Shown here one piece after another: positions 24,671 through 32,000 of a stretch of DNA of 32,000 bases. The stretch's first letter is position 1; each line of letters opens with the position of its first letter. Position numbers and translations under genes: made by a program. Source of the stretch: an uncultured Actinomycetes bacterium (lineage in GTDB: Bacteria; Actinomycetota; Actinomycetes; S36-B12; CAIYMF01); assembly GCA_963843975.1 (NCBI GenBank), contig CAWJMG010000001.1:1350001-1382000 (forward strand), in the 5' to 3' direction. Below the pieces are notes generated by a model. The model had not been told where the DNA came from, ran no database searches, and saw nothing but the letters and a program-made list of their open reading frames with translations.

Positions 24671-25753
24671 ATGACCGCAGACGGAGGCCCCGAGCTCGTC
24701 CAGCTCCTCACCCCCGAGGGCGAGCGGGTCCACCATCCCGACTACGACGTCGACCTGACGCCGGACGAGCTGAGGGCGCTCTACCGCGACCTCGTCCTCG
24801 TACGCCGGGTCGACGCCGAGGCCACCGCGCTCCAGCGCCAGGGCGAGCTCGGCCTCTGGGCCCAGCTGCTCGGACAGGAGGCTGCGCAGGTCGGATCGGG
24901 GCGCGCGCTGCGCACCGACGACTTCGCGTTCCCGACGTACCGCGAGCACGGAGTCGCATGGACGCGCGACGTCGACCCGCTGCAGCTGCTCGGGCTCTTC
25001 CGAGGCGTCACCAACGGCGGCTGGGACCCCCAGGACCACAACTTCGCGCTCTACACGATCGTCATCGGCGACCAGTGCCTGCACGCGGTCGGCTACGCGA
25101 TGGGCATCCAGCGCGACGGCACCGACCGCGCCGTGATCACGTACTTCGGCGACGGCGCGACGAGCCAGGGCGACGTCAACGAGTCCTTCGTGTTCGCCAG
25201 CGTCTACAACGCTCCGGTCGTGTTCTTCTGCCAGAACAACCAGTGGGCGATCTCCGAGCCGCTCGAGCGCCAGACCCGCATCCCGCTCTACAAGCGCGCG
25301 GCCGGCTTCGGCTTCCCCGGCGTGCGGGTCGACGGCAACGACGTGCTCGCGGTGCTCGCGGTCACTCGCGCAGCGCTGCAGAACGCGCGCGAGGGGAACG
25401 GCCCCACGCTGATCGAGGCGTTCACCTACCGCATGGGCGCGCACACGACGTCCGACGACCCGACGCGCTACCGCGTCGCGGCCGACCTCGAGGCGTGGAA
25501 GCTCAAGGACCCGATCGAGCGCGTGAAGGTCTATCTCGCGCGCAGCGGGCTCGCCGACCATGAGTTCTTCGACGCGGTCGAGGCCGAGGCCGAGGTGCTC
25601 GCCGTCCGGCTGCGCGAGGGCTGCCGCTCGCTGCCCAACCCGGCGCCGGAGTCGCTCTTCGACCACGTGTACGCCGAGCAGCACCCGCTGATCGACAGCG
25701 AGCGCGAGGAGTTCGTGCGCTACCACGCGTCCTTCGCGGGAGGGGAGCACTGA
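24671..25753 (+). CDS. 2-oxoacid (branched-chain keto acid / pyruvate) dehydrogenase E1 component alpha subunit
   Basis: ATG 24671 follows GCAGGAGG. The ThDP motif is GDGATSQGDVNESFVFASVYNAPVVFFCQNNQWAIS, and YRMGAHTTSDDPTRYR is present. Confidence 0.9.
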   Translation: MTADGGPELVQLLTPEGERVHHPDYDVDLTPDELRALYRDLVLVRRVDAEATALQRQGELGLWAQLLGQEAAQVGSGRALRTDDFAFPTYREHGVAWTRDVDPLQLLGLFRGVTNGGWDPQDHNFALYTIVIGDQCLHAVGYAMGIQRDGTDRAVITYFGDGATSQGDVNESFVFASVYNAPVVFFCQNNQWAISEPLERQTRIPLYKRAAGFGFPGVRVDGNDVLAVLAVTRAALQNAREGNGPTLIEAFTYRMGAHTTSDDPTRYRVAADLEAWKLKDPIERVKVYLARSGLADHEFFDAVEAEAEVLAVRLREGCRSLPNPAPESLFDHVYAEQHPLIDSEREEFVRYHASFAGGEH

Positions 25754-26736
25754 TGGCGGTCACCACGATGGCCAAGGCCATCAACGCCGGCCTTCGCAAG
25801 GCCCTCGAGAACGACCCGAAGGTCCTGCTCATGGGCGAGGACATCGGCAAGCTCGGCGGCGTCTTTCGCGTGACCGACGGCCTGCAGAAGGACTTCGGCG
25901 AGGCCCGCGTCATCGACTCCCCGCTCGCGGAGAGCGGGATCATGGGCACGGCGGTCGGCCTCGCGATGGCGGGCTACCGGCCCGTGGTCGAGATCCAGTT
26001 CGACGGCTTCGTCTACCCGGCCTTCGACCAGATCGTGTCGCAGATCGCCAAGCACCGGGCCCGGTCGTCGGGCCGTACCCCGATGCCGATCACGATCCGC
26101 CTGCCGTTCGGCGGGGGCATAGGCGCGGTCGAGCACCACAGCGAGTCGCCCGAGGCGTACTTCGCGCACACCGCAGGGCTGCGCGTGATCTCGCCGTCCA
26201 ACCCGGTCGACGCGTTCGTCATGGTGCAGCAGGCGATCGCGAGCGACGACCCGGTCGTGTTCCTCGAGCCCAAGCGGCGCTACTGGGACAAGGCCGACGT
26301 CGACGACACGGTCGACATCGCGCAGGCACCGTCGCCGTACACCGCGCGCGTCGTGCGACCGGGCACCACGGCCACCCTCGCCTGCTACGGCCCGATGGTG
26401 CGCACGTGCCTCGAGGCCGCGCTCGCCGCGGAGGCCGACGGCCTCGACCTCGAGGTGATCGACCTGCGCTCGGTGTCGCCGCTCGACATCCCGACCGTCG
26501 CGGCGTCCGTCCGCAAGACCGGTCGCCTGGTCGTCGTGCACGAGGCCTCGGTGTTCCTCGGCGTCGGCTCGGAGCTCGCGGCGCGCATCACCGAGGAGTG
26601 CTTCCACTCGCTCGAGGCCCCCGTGCTGCGCGTCGGCGGCTATCACACGCCGTACCCGCCGTCCCGGCTCGAGGAGGAGTACCTCCCCGACCTCGACCGC
26701 GTGCTCGACGCCGTCGACCGCTCGCTGGCGTACTGA
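25753..26736 (+). CDS. 2-oxoacid dehydrogenase E1 component beta subunit
   Basis: It overlaps the E1alpha stop (TGATG). LLMGEDIGKLGGVFRVTDGLQKDFGE.RVIDSPLAESGIMGTAVGLAMAGYRPVVEIQFDGF is the canonical transketolase-like beta subunit sequence. Confidence 0.9.
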   Translation: MAVTTMAKAINAGLRKALENDPKVLLMGEDIGKLGGVFRVTDGLQKDFGEARVIDSPLAESGIMGTAVGLAMAGYRPVVEIQFDGFVYPAFDQIVSQIAKHRARSSGRTPMPITIRLPFGGGIGAVEHHSESPEAYFAHTAGLRVISPSNPVDAFVMVQQAIASDDPVVFLEPKRRYWDKADVDDTVDIAQAPSPYTARVVRPGTTATLACYGPMVRTCLEAALAAEADGLDLEVIDLRSVSPLDIPTVAASVRKTGRLVVVHEASVFLGVGSELAARITEECFHSLEAPVLRVGGYHTPYPPSRLEEEYLPDLDRVLDAVDRSLAY

Positions 26737-26747
26737 GGAGGGTGGAC

Positions 26748-28166
26748 ATGAGCGACATCAAGACGTTCCTTCTGCCCGACGTGGGCGAGGGTCTCACCGA
26801 GGCCGAGATCCTGAGCTGGCACGTGAAGCCGGGCGACACCGTGGTGGTCAACCAGACCATCGTCGAGATCGAGACGGCGAAGGCCGCGGTCGAGCTGCCC
26901 TGCCCGTACGCCGGCACGGTGACCGAGGTCTACGTCGCTGAAGGCGACACCGTCGAGGTCGGCACCGCGATCATCGCGATCGAAACGGGCACAGGGGTTT
27001 CCGCCCCTGATCCTGCGCTGTCGCCCGCGAGCGACATCGTCCCGGCGGTGGCGACCGAGCCGGACGAGGGCAAGCGCGAGGCAGTGCTGGTCGGGTACGG
27101 CGTCAAGCAGACGGGTGCTCCGCAGCGCCGTCAGCGCGTGCCGCACGTGACGCCGCACGGCGCCCCCGAGGTCGAGGCCGGTCCGCCGGGCGAGGCCGCG
27201 CGCCCCGTGCGCTACGGCTCGCTCGAGGTCGGCCGGCACACCGAGGAGGTGCTCTCGCGCCGCAGCCCGGTGCTCGCCAAGCCGCCGGTGCGCAAGCTCG
27301 CCAAGGACCTCGGCGTCGACCTCGCCACAGTCGACCCCACCGGCGACGGCGGCACGCTCACGCGCGCGGACGTCGAGCGTGCGGCCAAGCTCACCGGGCT
27401 CGCATCGCCTGCGCGACCGGCGTACGTCGCTGGCTCGCGGACCGTCGCTCCCGCCCGTACCGGCCCGCGCGAGGAGCGCACGCCGGTGAAGGGCGTGCTC
27501 AAGATGATGAGCGAGGCGATGGTGGCCAGCGCCTTCACCGCTCCGCACGTCACGGAGTGGGTCGAGGTCGACGTCACGCGCACGGTCGAGCTCGTCGAAC
27601 GGCTCCGCACGCGGCCCGAGCTCGAGGGCGTGAAGGTGAACGCGCTGCTGCTCGTCGCTGCGGGCCTGATCCGCGCGGCGCGTGCGTTCCCGGGAGTCAA
27701 CTCCACCTGGGACTCGGCTGCGAACGAGGTGGTCACCAAGCACTACGTCAACCTCGGGATCGCGGCAGCGACGCCGCGCGGCCTGATCGTGCCCAACGTC
27801 AAGGACGCCGACGGCCTCGACCTGGTCGGTCTCGCCCGTGCGCTGCACGACCTCGTGGAGGTCGCGAAGTCCGGGAAGACGCCTCCGTCGGACATGGCCG
27901 GTGGCACGATCACCATCACGAACGTCGGCGTCTTCGGCGTCGACGGCGGCACACCGATCATCAACCCCGGTGAGTCCGCGATCCTCGCGATGGGCCGGGT
28001 GGCCCTGAAGCCGTGGGTCGTCGACGGCGAGGTGCGGCCGCGTCACGTCATGCAGCTCACGCTCTCGTTCGACCACCGTCACGTCGACGGCGCCCTGGGC
28101 TCCCAGGTGCTCGCGTCCGTCGCCCGATTCCTGGAGGACCCCGCTGTCGACCTCGTCCTCGGCTGA
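26748..28166 (+). CDS. Dihydrolipoamide acyltransferase (E2) of the 2-oxoacid dehydrogenase complex
   Basis: ATG 26748 follows GGAGGG. It has a lipoyl domain (IVEIETAKAAVELPCPYAG), a peripheral-subunit-binding domain (PPVRKLAKDLGVDLATV) and a catalytic domain with the DHRHVDGA motif. Confidence 0.9.
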   Translation: MSDIKTFLLPDVGEGLTEAEILSWHVKPGDTVVVNQTIVEIETAKAAVELPCPYAGTVTEVYVAEGDTVEVGTAIIAIETGTGVSAPDPALSPASDIVPAVATEPDEGKREAVLVGYGVKQTGAPQRRQRVPHVTPHGAPEVEAGPPGEAARPVRYGSLEVGRHTEEVLSRRSPVLAKPPVRKLAKDLGVDLATVDPTGDGGTLTRADVERAAKLTGLASPARPAYVAGSRTVAPARTGPREERTPVKGVLKMMSEAMVASAFTAPHVTEWVEVDVTRTVELVERLRTRPELEGVKVNALLLVAAGLIRAARAFPGVNSTWDSAANEVVTKHYVNLGIAAATPRGLIVPNVKDADGLDLVGLARALHDLVEVAKSGKTPPSDMAGGTITITNVGVFGVDGGTPIINPGESAILAMGRVALKPWVVDGEVRPRHVMQLTLSFDHRHVDGALGSQVLASVARFLEDPAVDLVLG

Positions 28167-28275
28167 CTCGTTCCGGCACCCGTCGGGTCACCACACGCCC
28201 GGTGACCCGACGACCGTCGCCCGGGCCCGCGCCACGCTGAACGACTGGCTGCAGCCCGAGCACATCGGCTGGTCG

Positions 28276-29349
28276 GTGCGGCACGTGCGCGAGCTGCTGC
28301 CCACCGAGCGCATCCGGTCGGCACCGGAGCCGCGCGAGCTGCCCACGGAGGTGGATGAGCAGCTCCTGCACCTGCCGATCGAGGCGCACGAGGGCACCGT
28401 GCCGCTGCACGACCTGCTGTACGACGGCGAGCGCGACGCGGTCGTGGTGGTCCACCGCGGCACCGTCGTGCTCGAGTGGCTCGCGCCCGGAGTACGCACC
28501 GACGAGCAGCACATGATGTTCTCGATCACCAAGGCGGTCACGGGATTCCTGGCGTGCGCCCTCGCCTCGCGCGGTCTGCTCGACCTGTCCGCGCGCGTGG
28601 GCGACCTCGTCCCCGAGGTGGCGGAGAGCGCGTTCGCCGACGCCACCGTCCGTCAGCTCATGGACATGGAGGCGTCGTTCGCCTTCGTCGAGGACTACTC
28701 GCCCGGGCCCGACCTCACGGCATATCGGCACGCCGCCGGCTGGTATCCGGCGCCGGCCGGCGCACCCGCGCTGCGCGACTACCTCGCGACCCGTGAGCCC
28801 GACGGCGCGCACGGCGAGCGCTTCCGCTACCTGTCGCCGACCCTCGACCTGCTCGGCTGGGTGTGCGCCAACGCCGCGGGCACCACGTGGGCCGAGGCCG
28901 TCGAGCGCTACGTGTGGCAGCCCGCGGGCACCGAGCTCGGCGGGCACGTCACGCTCGACCGCGAGGGCACGCCGCGCGCAGCCGGCGGGATGAGCGGCCT
29001 GCCCCGCGACGTCGCGCGGTTCGGCCTGCTTCTCGCGGAGCGTCGTACCGACGTCGTGTCCGACGAGCTGCTCGACGACATCCTGCGCGGTGGGCACCGC
29101 GAGCAGTGGGCTCGCGGCGACTTCGCGTCGATGTGGCCCGACGGCGCCTACCGCGCCGGCTGGTACACGCCCAACCTCGATCGGGATGTGGCCCTCGGCA
29201 TGGGCATCCACGGCCAGATGCTGTACGTCGACGTCCCGCGCGAGGTGGTCGTCGTCGTCCTGTCGTCGTGGTCGGCCCCGGACGACGAGGCGTGGCACCT
29301 CGACAACCACGAGATCTGCCGCACCCTCGCCCACCACGTCGCGCGCTGA
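28276..29349 (+). CDS. Serine hydrolase of the beta-lactamase/transpeptidase-like superfamily, 6-aminohexanoate-dimer-hydrolase (NylB)-like; the true N-terminus is probably upstream
   Basis: The SxxK motif is MFSITKAV and the C-terminal GMGIHGQMLYVD...VVVVLSSWSAP is present; overall similarity to NylB/EII is from memory. The first canonical start is GTG 28276, but the same frame is open and looks coding from about 28141 (ATLNDWLQPEHIGW). Confidence 0.8.
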   Translation: MRHVRELLPTERIRSAPEPRELPTEVDEQLLHLPIEAHEGTVPLHDLLYDGERDAVVVVHRGTVVLEWLAPGVRTDEQHMMFSITKAVTGFLACALASRGLLDLSARVGDLVPEVAESAFADATVRQLMDMEASFAFVEDYSPGPDLTAYRHAAGWYPAPAGAPALRDYLATREPDGAHGERFRYLSPTLDLLGWVCANAAGTTWAEAVERYVWQPAGTELGGHVTLDREGTPRAAGGMSGLPRDVARFGLLLAERRTDVVSDELLDDILRGGHREQWARGDFASMWPDGAYRAGWYTPNLDRDVALGMGIHGQMLYVDVPREVVVVVLSSWSAPDDEAWHLDNHEICRTLAHHVAR

Positions 29350-29359
29350 CGGCGCACCT

Positions 29360-30205
29360 CTACGGGGTGATGGCCAGGGCTGCGGGGATGCGGGCGGCGA
29401 GGTCGGGGTCGCCGGCGAGCTCGATCTTCGCGAGCACTGCCGGATCGGTGGTGTCGAGGCGGCCCGTCGTCAGGCGGGCGTAGGTCTCCCAGTCGGTCGT
29501 GAGGCCGATCGTCGGGTGCTCGAGCGGCTCGACGTCGGAGCCCTTGCCCGCGGCCGTGACGGCGGCGTACCGCTCGAACTCGATCGGGCCGGTCACCGTG
29601 AGCCGCATCGTCGTGCCGGGCGGGGCCTCGACGTTCCTCGCGAGCATGAAGCCGAGCGTGCGCACCATCTGCACGGCAGCCACCTGCGCGCCCATCGTGC
29701 GCATGTTCGCGGGCAGCAGCACGGCGCGGCGGATGTCCTGCTCGTGCGTCCAGGTGTCGAAGGTGCGCATGCGCACCATGCGGTCCAGCGGCACCGGTGT
29801 GCCGAACACCCCCATCACCTCGGTGTCGAGGGTGAGCGGGTCGAGCGCCATGATCTGGCCGAGCCTCACGTCGGCGAGGTCGGCGAGCTCGTCGCAGCAC
29901 TCCTGCTGCGGCTGACCCCGGCGCACGTCTACGCCGATCTCGGTGAGCCGGCCGAAGTCGTTCGTGACGTGCGGGAAGCGCGACCAGTCCATCGCCTGCT
30001 CGGGCTGCGGTCGGCCGGACATGAACGACTCGATCCACGCCAGGTGGCGCACGATGTCGCCCGCGCTCCAGCCGGGGCACTCCGTCGGCGCCACCCACTG
30101 CTCGGGCGACAGCCGGCGTCCGAGCTCGACGACCGTGTGCAGGGCGCCGTTCCACGCCTCGAGCAGCTCGCGCACGCCGTACGACTCTGCCGCCATCTCG
30201 CTCAT
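29360..30205 (-). CDS. Maleylpyruvate isomerase family mycothiol-dependent enzyme (DinB-like, TIGR03083-type)
   Basis: The N-terminal DinB-like helix bundle contains W..PT.CPGWSAGDIVRHL and TWTHEQDIRRA motifs. The product is 281 aa and the gene is convergent with the hydrolase gene. Confidence 0.8.
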   Translation of the reverse strand: MSEMAAESYGVRELLEAWNGALHTVVELGRRLSPEQWVAPTECPGWSAGDIVRHLAWIESFMSGRPQPEQAMDWSRFPHVTNDFGRLTEIGVDVRRGQPQQECCDELADLADVRLGQIMALDPLTLDTEVMGVFGTPVPLDRMVRMRTFDTWTHEQDIRRAVLLPANMRTMGAQVAAVQMVRTLGFMLARNVEAPPGTTMRLTVTGPIEFERYAAVTAAGKGSDVEPLEHPTIGLTTDWETYARLTTGRLDTTDPAVLAKIELAGDPDLAARIPAALAITP

Positions 30206-30264
30206 GCTCCTGAGGCTAGACGCGGGGCTGCGGACGCGGGGAGCGTTCGGGGCAGGATGGGCGC

Positions 30265-31686
30265 GTGACCCTCACGGCGCACTGGGTGCGCGGCTGGCTC
30301 GAGCGGCCGGACGACGTCGTGCTCGTCGACGGCGGCGACGGCTGGACCCTCACGGGCGATGCGATCGAGTCCGCCACGCGCGAGCTCGCCGGGCGGCTGG
30401 CAGCAGCAGGCGTGCAGCCGGGCGACCGCGTGCTGCTGTCGCGGGCGCCGTCCGTCGAGACCGTGCTCGCGTACGTCGCGATCCTGCGCCTCGGCGCGGT
30501 GGTCGTCCCGGCGAACACGGCGTACACCGCGCGCGAGCTCGCGCACATCGTGGGCGACGTGCGGCCGGTGCTCGCCCTCGTCGACGACGCGGCACGGGTG
30601 GACGGCGTCCCCGCCGTCGACGGTCGGCTCGACGCGCTGCCATCGGCCGTCGAGGTCGTGCTCGACGCATCGGGCGGCGACGACCTCGCGATGGTGGCGT
30701 ACACGAGCGGCACGACCGGGCAGCCCAAGGGCGCGATGCTCACCCACGCCAACCTCCTCGGCGGGGCGCAGGCGCTCGTGCAGGCCTGGGGCTGGACGAG
30801 CGCCGACCGGCTGCTGCACACGCTGCCGCTGTTCCACATGCACGGCCTCGGCGCCGGCCTCAACGGCTCGTTCACGGCCGGCGCGTCGGTCGTGCTCGCG
30901 CGGTTCGACCCGGCGCTCGTGATCGAGACAGCAGCGGCGTACGGCGCGACGCTCTACTTCGGCGTGCCGACGATGTACGCCAAGCTCGCCGAGGCCGGTC
31001 GGCTCGACGGCCTGCGCGGGTTGCGGCTTCTCGTGTCGGGCTCCGCACCGCTCGACCCGGGGCTGTTCGCGCGCATCGCAGCGGAGGCGGGTCAGCCGCC
31101 GGTCGAGCGGTACGGCATGACCGAGACCGTGATGCTGACCTCCAACGGCCTCGACGACCGAGTGCCCGGCTGCGTCGGCCGTGCGCTGCCGGGTGTGGAG
31201 GTGCGGCTCGGGGAGGGCGGGGCGGTGGAGGTCAACGGCCCCAACGTCTTCCGCGGCTACTGGGAGCGGCCCGAGGCCACGGCCGACGCGTTCACCGACG
31301 ATGGCTTCTTCCGCACCGGCGACATCGGGACGCTCGACGACGACGGTCGCCTGCGGCTCGTCGGCCGTGCGAGCGAGCTCATCATCACCGGCGGCTACAA
31401 CGTCTACCCGCGCGAGGTCGAGGACGTGCTGCGCGAGCACGAGTCGGTCGCGGACGTCGCCGTCGTGGGCCTTCCCGACCCGACCTGGGGCGAGACGGTC
31501 GTCGCGTTCGTTGTGCCGTCGGCGCCCGGGGCGTGCGACGCCGAGGTGCTCGCCGCGCACGCCGCAGCAGGGCTCGCGGCGTACAAGGCCCCGCGCACCT
31601 GGCACGTCGTCGACGAGCTGCCGCGCAACGCGATGGGCAAGGTCCAGCGCGACGTCCTGCGCGAGCGTGCCACCCCCACCCGCTGA
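30265..31686 (+). CDS. AMP-dependent acyl-CoA synthetase/ligase (class I adenylate-forming enzyme)
   Basis: GTG 30265 is the start. The AMP-binding motifs are AYTSGTTGQPKGAMLTH, YGMTET and FRTGDIGTLDDDGRLRLVGR, with C-terminal YKAPR and GKVQR. The substrate is unknown. Confidence 0.85.
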   Translation: MTLTAHWVRGWLERPDDVVLVDGGDGWTLTGDAIESATRELAGRLAAAGVQPGDRVLLSRAPSVETVLAYVAILRLGAVVVPANTAYTARELAHIVGDVRPVLALVDDAARVDGVPAVDGRLDALPSAVEVVLDASGGDDLAMVAYTSGTTGQPKGAMLTHANLLGGAQALVQAWGWTSADRLLHTLPLFHMHGLGAGLNGSFTAGASVVLARFDPALVIETAAAYGATLYFGVPTMYAKLAEAGRLDGLRGLRLLVSGSAPLDPGLFARIAAEAGQPPVERYGMTETVMLTSNGLDDRVPGCVGRALPGVEVRLGEGGAVEVNGPNVFRGYWERPEATADAFTDDGFFRTGDIGTLDDDGRLRLVGRASELIITGGYNVYPREVEDVLREHESVADVAVVGLPDPTWGETVVAFVVPSAPGACDAEVLAAHAAAGLAAYKAPRTWHVVDELPRNAMGKVQRDVLRERATPTR

Positions 31687-31688
31687 GC

Positions 31689-31735
31689 CTGGCCAAACCG
31701 TCGTTACCCGAGCCGGGAAACGACGGATTGATCAG
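31689..31735 (+). repeat. REP-like hairpin, copy B (stop-codon-proximal)
   Basis: Arms CTGGCCAAACCGTCGTTACCC (31689-31709) / GGGAAACGACGGATTGATCAG (31715-31735), 17/21 complementary, with loop GAGCC. It starts 3 nt after the stop at 31686. The 3' arm plus the following TG is nearly identical to copy A. Confidence 0.7.
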
Positions 31736-31773
31736 TGCGAGCGAGGGGGTGGGTGGGCTGGGATGATGCGCGC

Positions 31774-32000
31774 ATGACGCGTGTGGCCCTGGTGCAGCTC
31801 GACTCCTCCGACTCCGAGACCCCCGCCGACCGGCTCGAGCGGGCGGCCGGCATCGTCGAGGGGCTCGTCGACGTCGACCTCGCGGTGCTGCCCGAGCTCT
31901 GGCACGTCGGGGCGTTCGACCTCGAGGGCGCCAAGGCCGAGGCGCAGCCGATCGACGGCCTCGTCGTCACGCGCATGCGGGCCGCAGCGAAGGCGGCCGG
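31774..32000 (+). CDS. Carbon-nitrogen hydrolase (nitrilase superfamily) protein, 5' part only (runs off-window)
   Basis: ATG 31774 gives MTRVALVQLDSSDSETPADRLERAAGIVEGLVDVDLAVLPELWHVGAF, the typical N-terminus with the catalytic Glu in PEL. The frame is open to the window end. Confidence 0.7.
   Translation, partial: MTRVALVQLDSSDSETPADRLERAAGIVEGLVDVDLAVLPELWHVGAFDLEGAKAEAQPIDGLVVTRMRAAAKAA

Noticed and set aside
1-32000. Scan for CRISPR arrays, transposases, integrases, toxin-antitoxin pairs, restriction-modification or other defence genes
   Set aside because: No direct-repeat/spacer arrays and no ORF translations with such signatures were seen. The gene content is housekeeping and accessory metabolism.

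Overview
Very GC-rich, GC3-saturated actinobacterial chromosomal segment from the rplI-dnaB neighbourhood. I can support about 30 protein genes. In order they are: the L9 3' end, an LMW phosphotyrosine phosphatase, a MATE exporter, dnaB (frame-disrupted as sequenced), a VOC protein, a GNAT, a flavin reductase, an AIM24/TIGR00266 protein and an AEC transporter. Next come a large membrane protein with a C-terminal aminoacyl-phosphatidylglycerol-synthase-like (DUF2156) domain, an XRE regulator with a small membrane protein, a GT87/DUF2029-like membrane protein, a membrane GGDEF cyclase, a P-loop kinase and an EamA transporter (frame-disrupted). The rest are cydABDC, an ECF sigma factor with a downstream single-pass membrane protein, an Fe-S (6-4)-type photolyase, a 2-oxoacid dehydrogenase E1alpha/E1beta/E2 operon, a NylB-like serine hydrolase, a DinB/mycothiol-dependent protein, an acyl-CoA synthetase and the 5' end of a C-N hydrolase. 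I saw no rRNA, tRNA, CRISPR array, transposase, integrase or phage gene, and no clear-cut novel multi-gene system. The observations worth a second look are mostly non-coding or fine-scale. (1) A same-orientation cluster of DnaA boxes upstream of dnaB. (2) A sharply localized patch of rare A/T-ending codons in dnaB at the classical DnaB intein insertion point. (3) A shared ECF-type promoter-like motif (GCAA[A/C]-N16/17-CGCGTG) upstream of both cydA and the ECF sigma gene that follows cydC. (4) A 19-bp inverted-repeat element between cydD and cydC. (5) Structured direct and palindromic repeats between cydC and the sigma gene. (6) Two copies of a ~47-nt REP-like hairpin directly after stop codons 8.8 kb apart. 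(7) A possible rhomboid-like domain fused to DUF2156. (8) Several reading-frame anomalies that probably reflect indel errors in the sequence. All homology calls come from reading the translations and recalling motifs; no searches were run.
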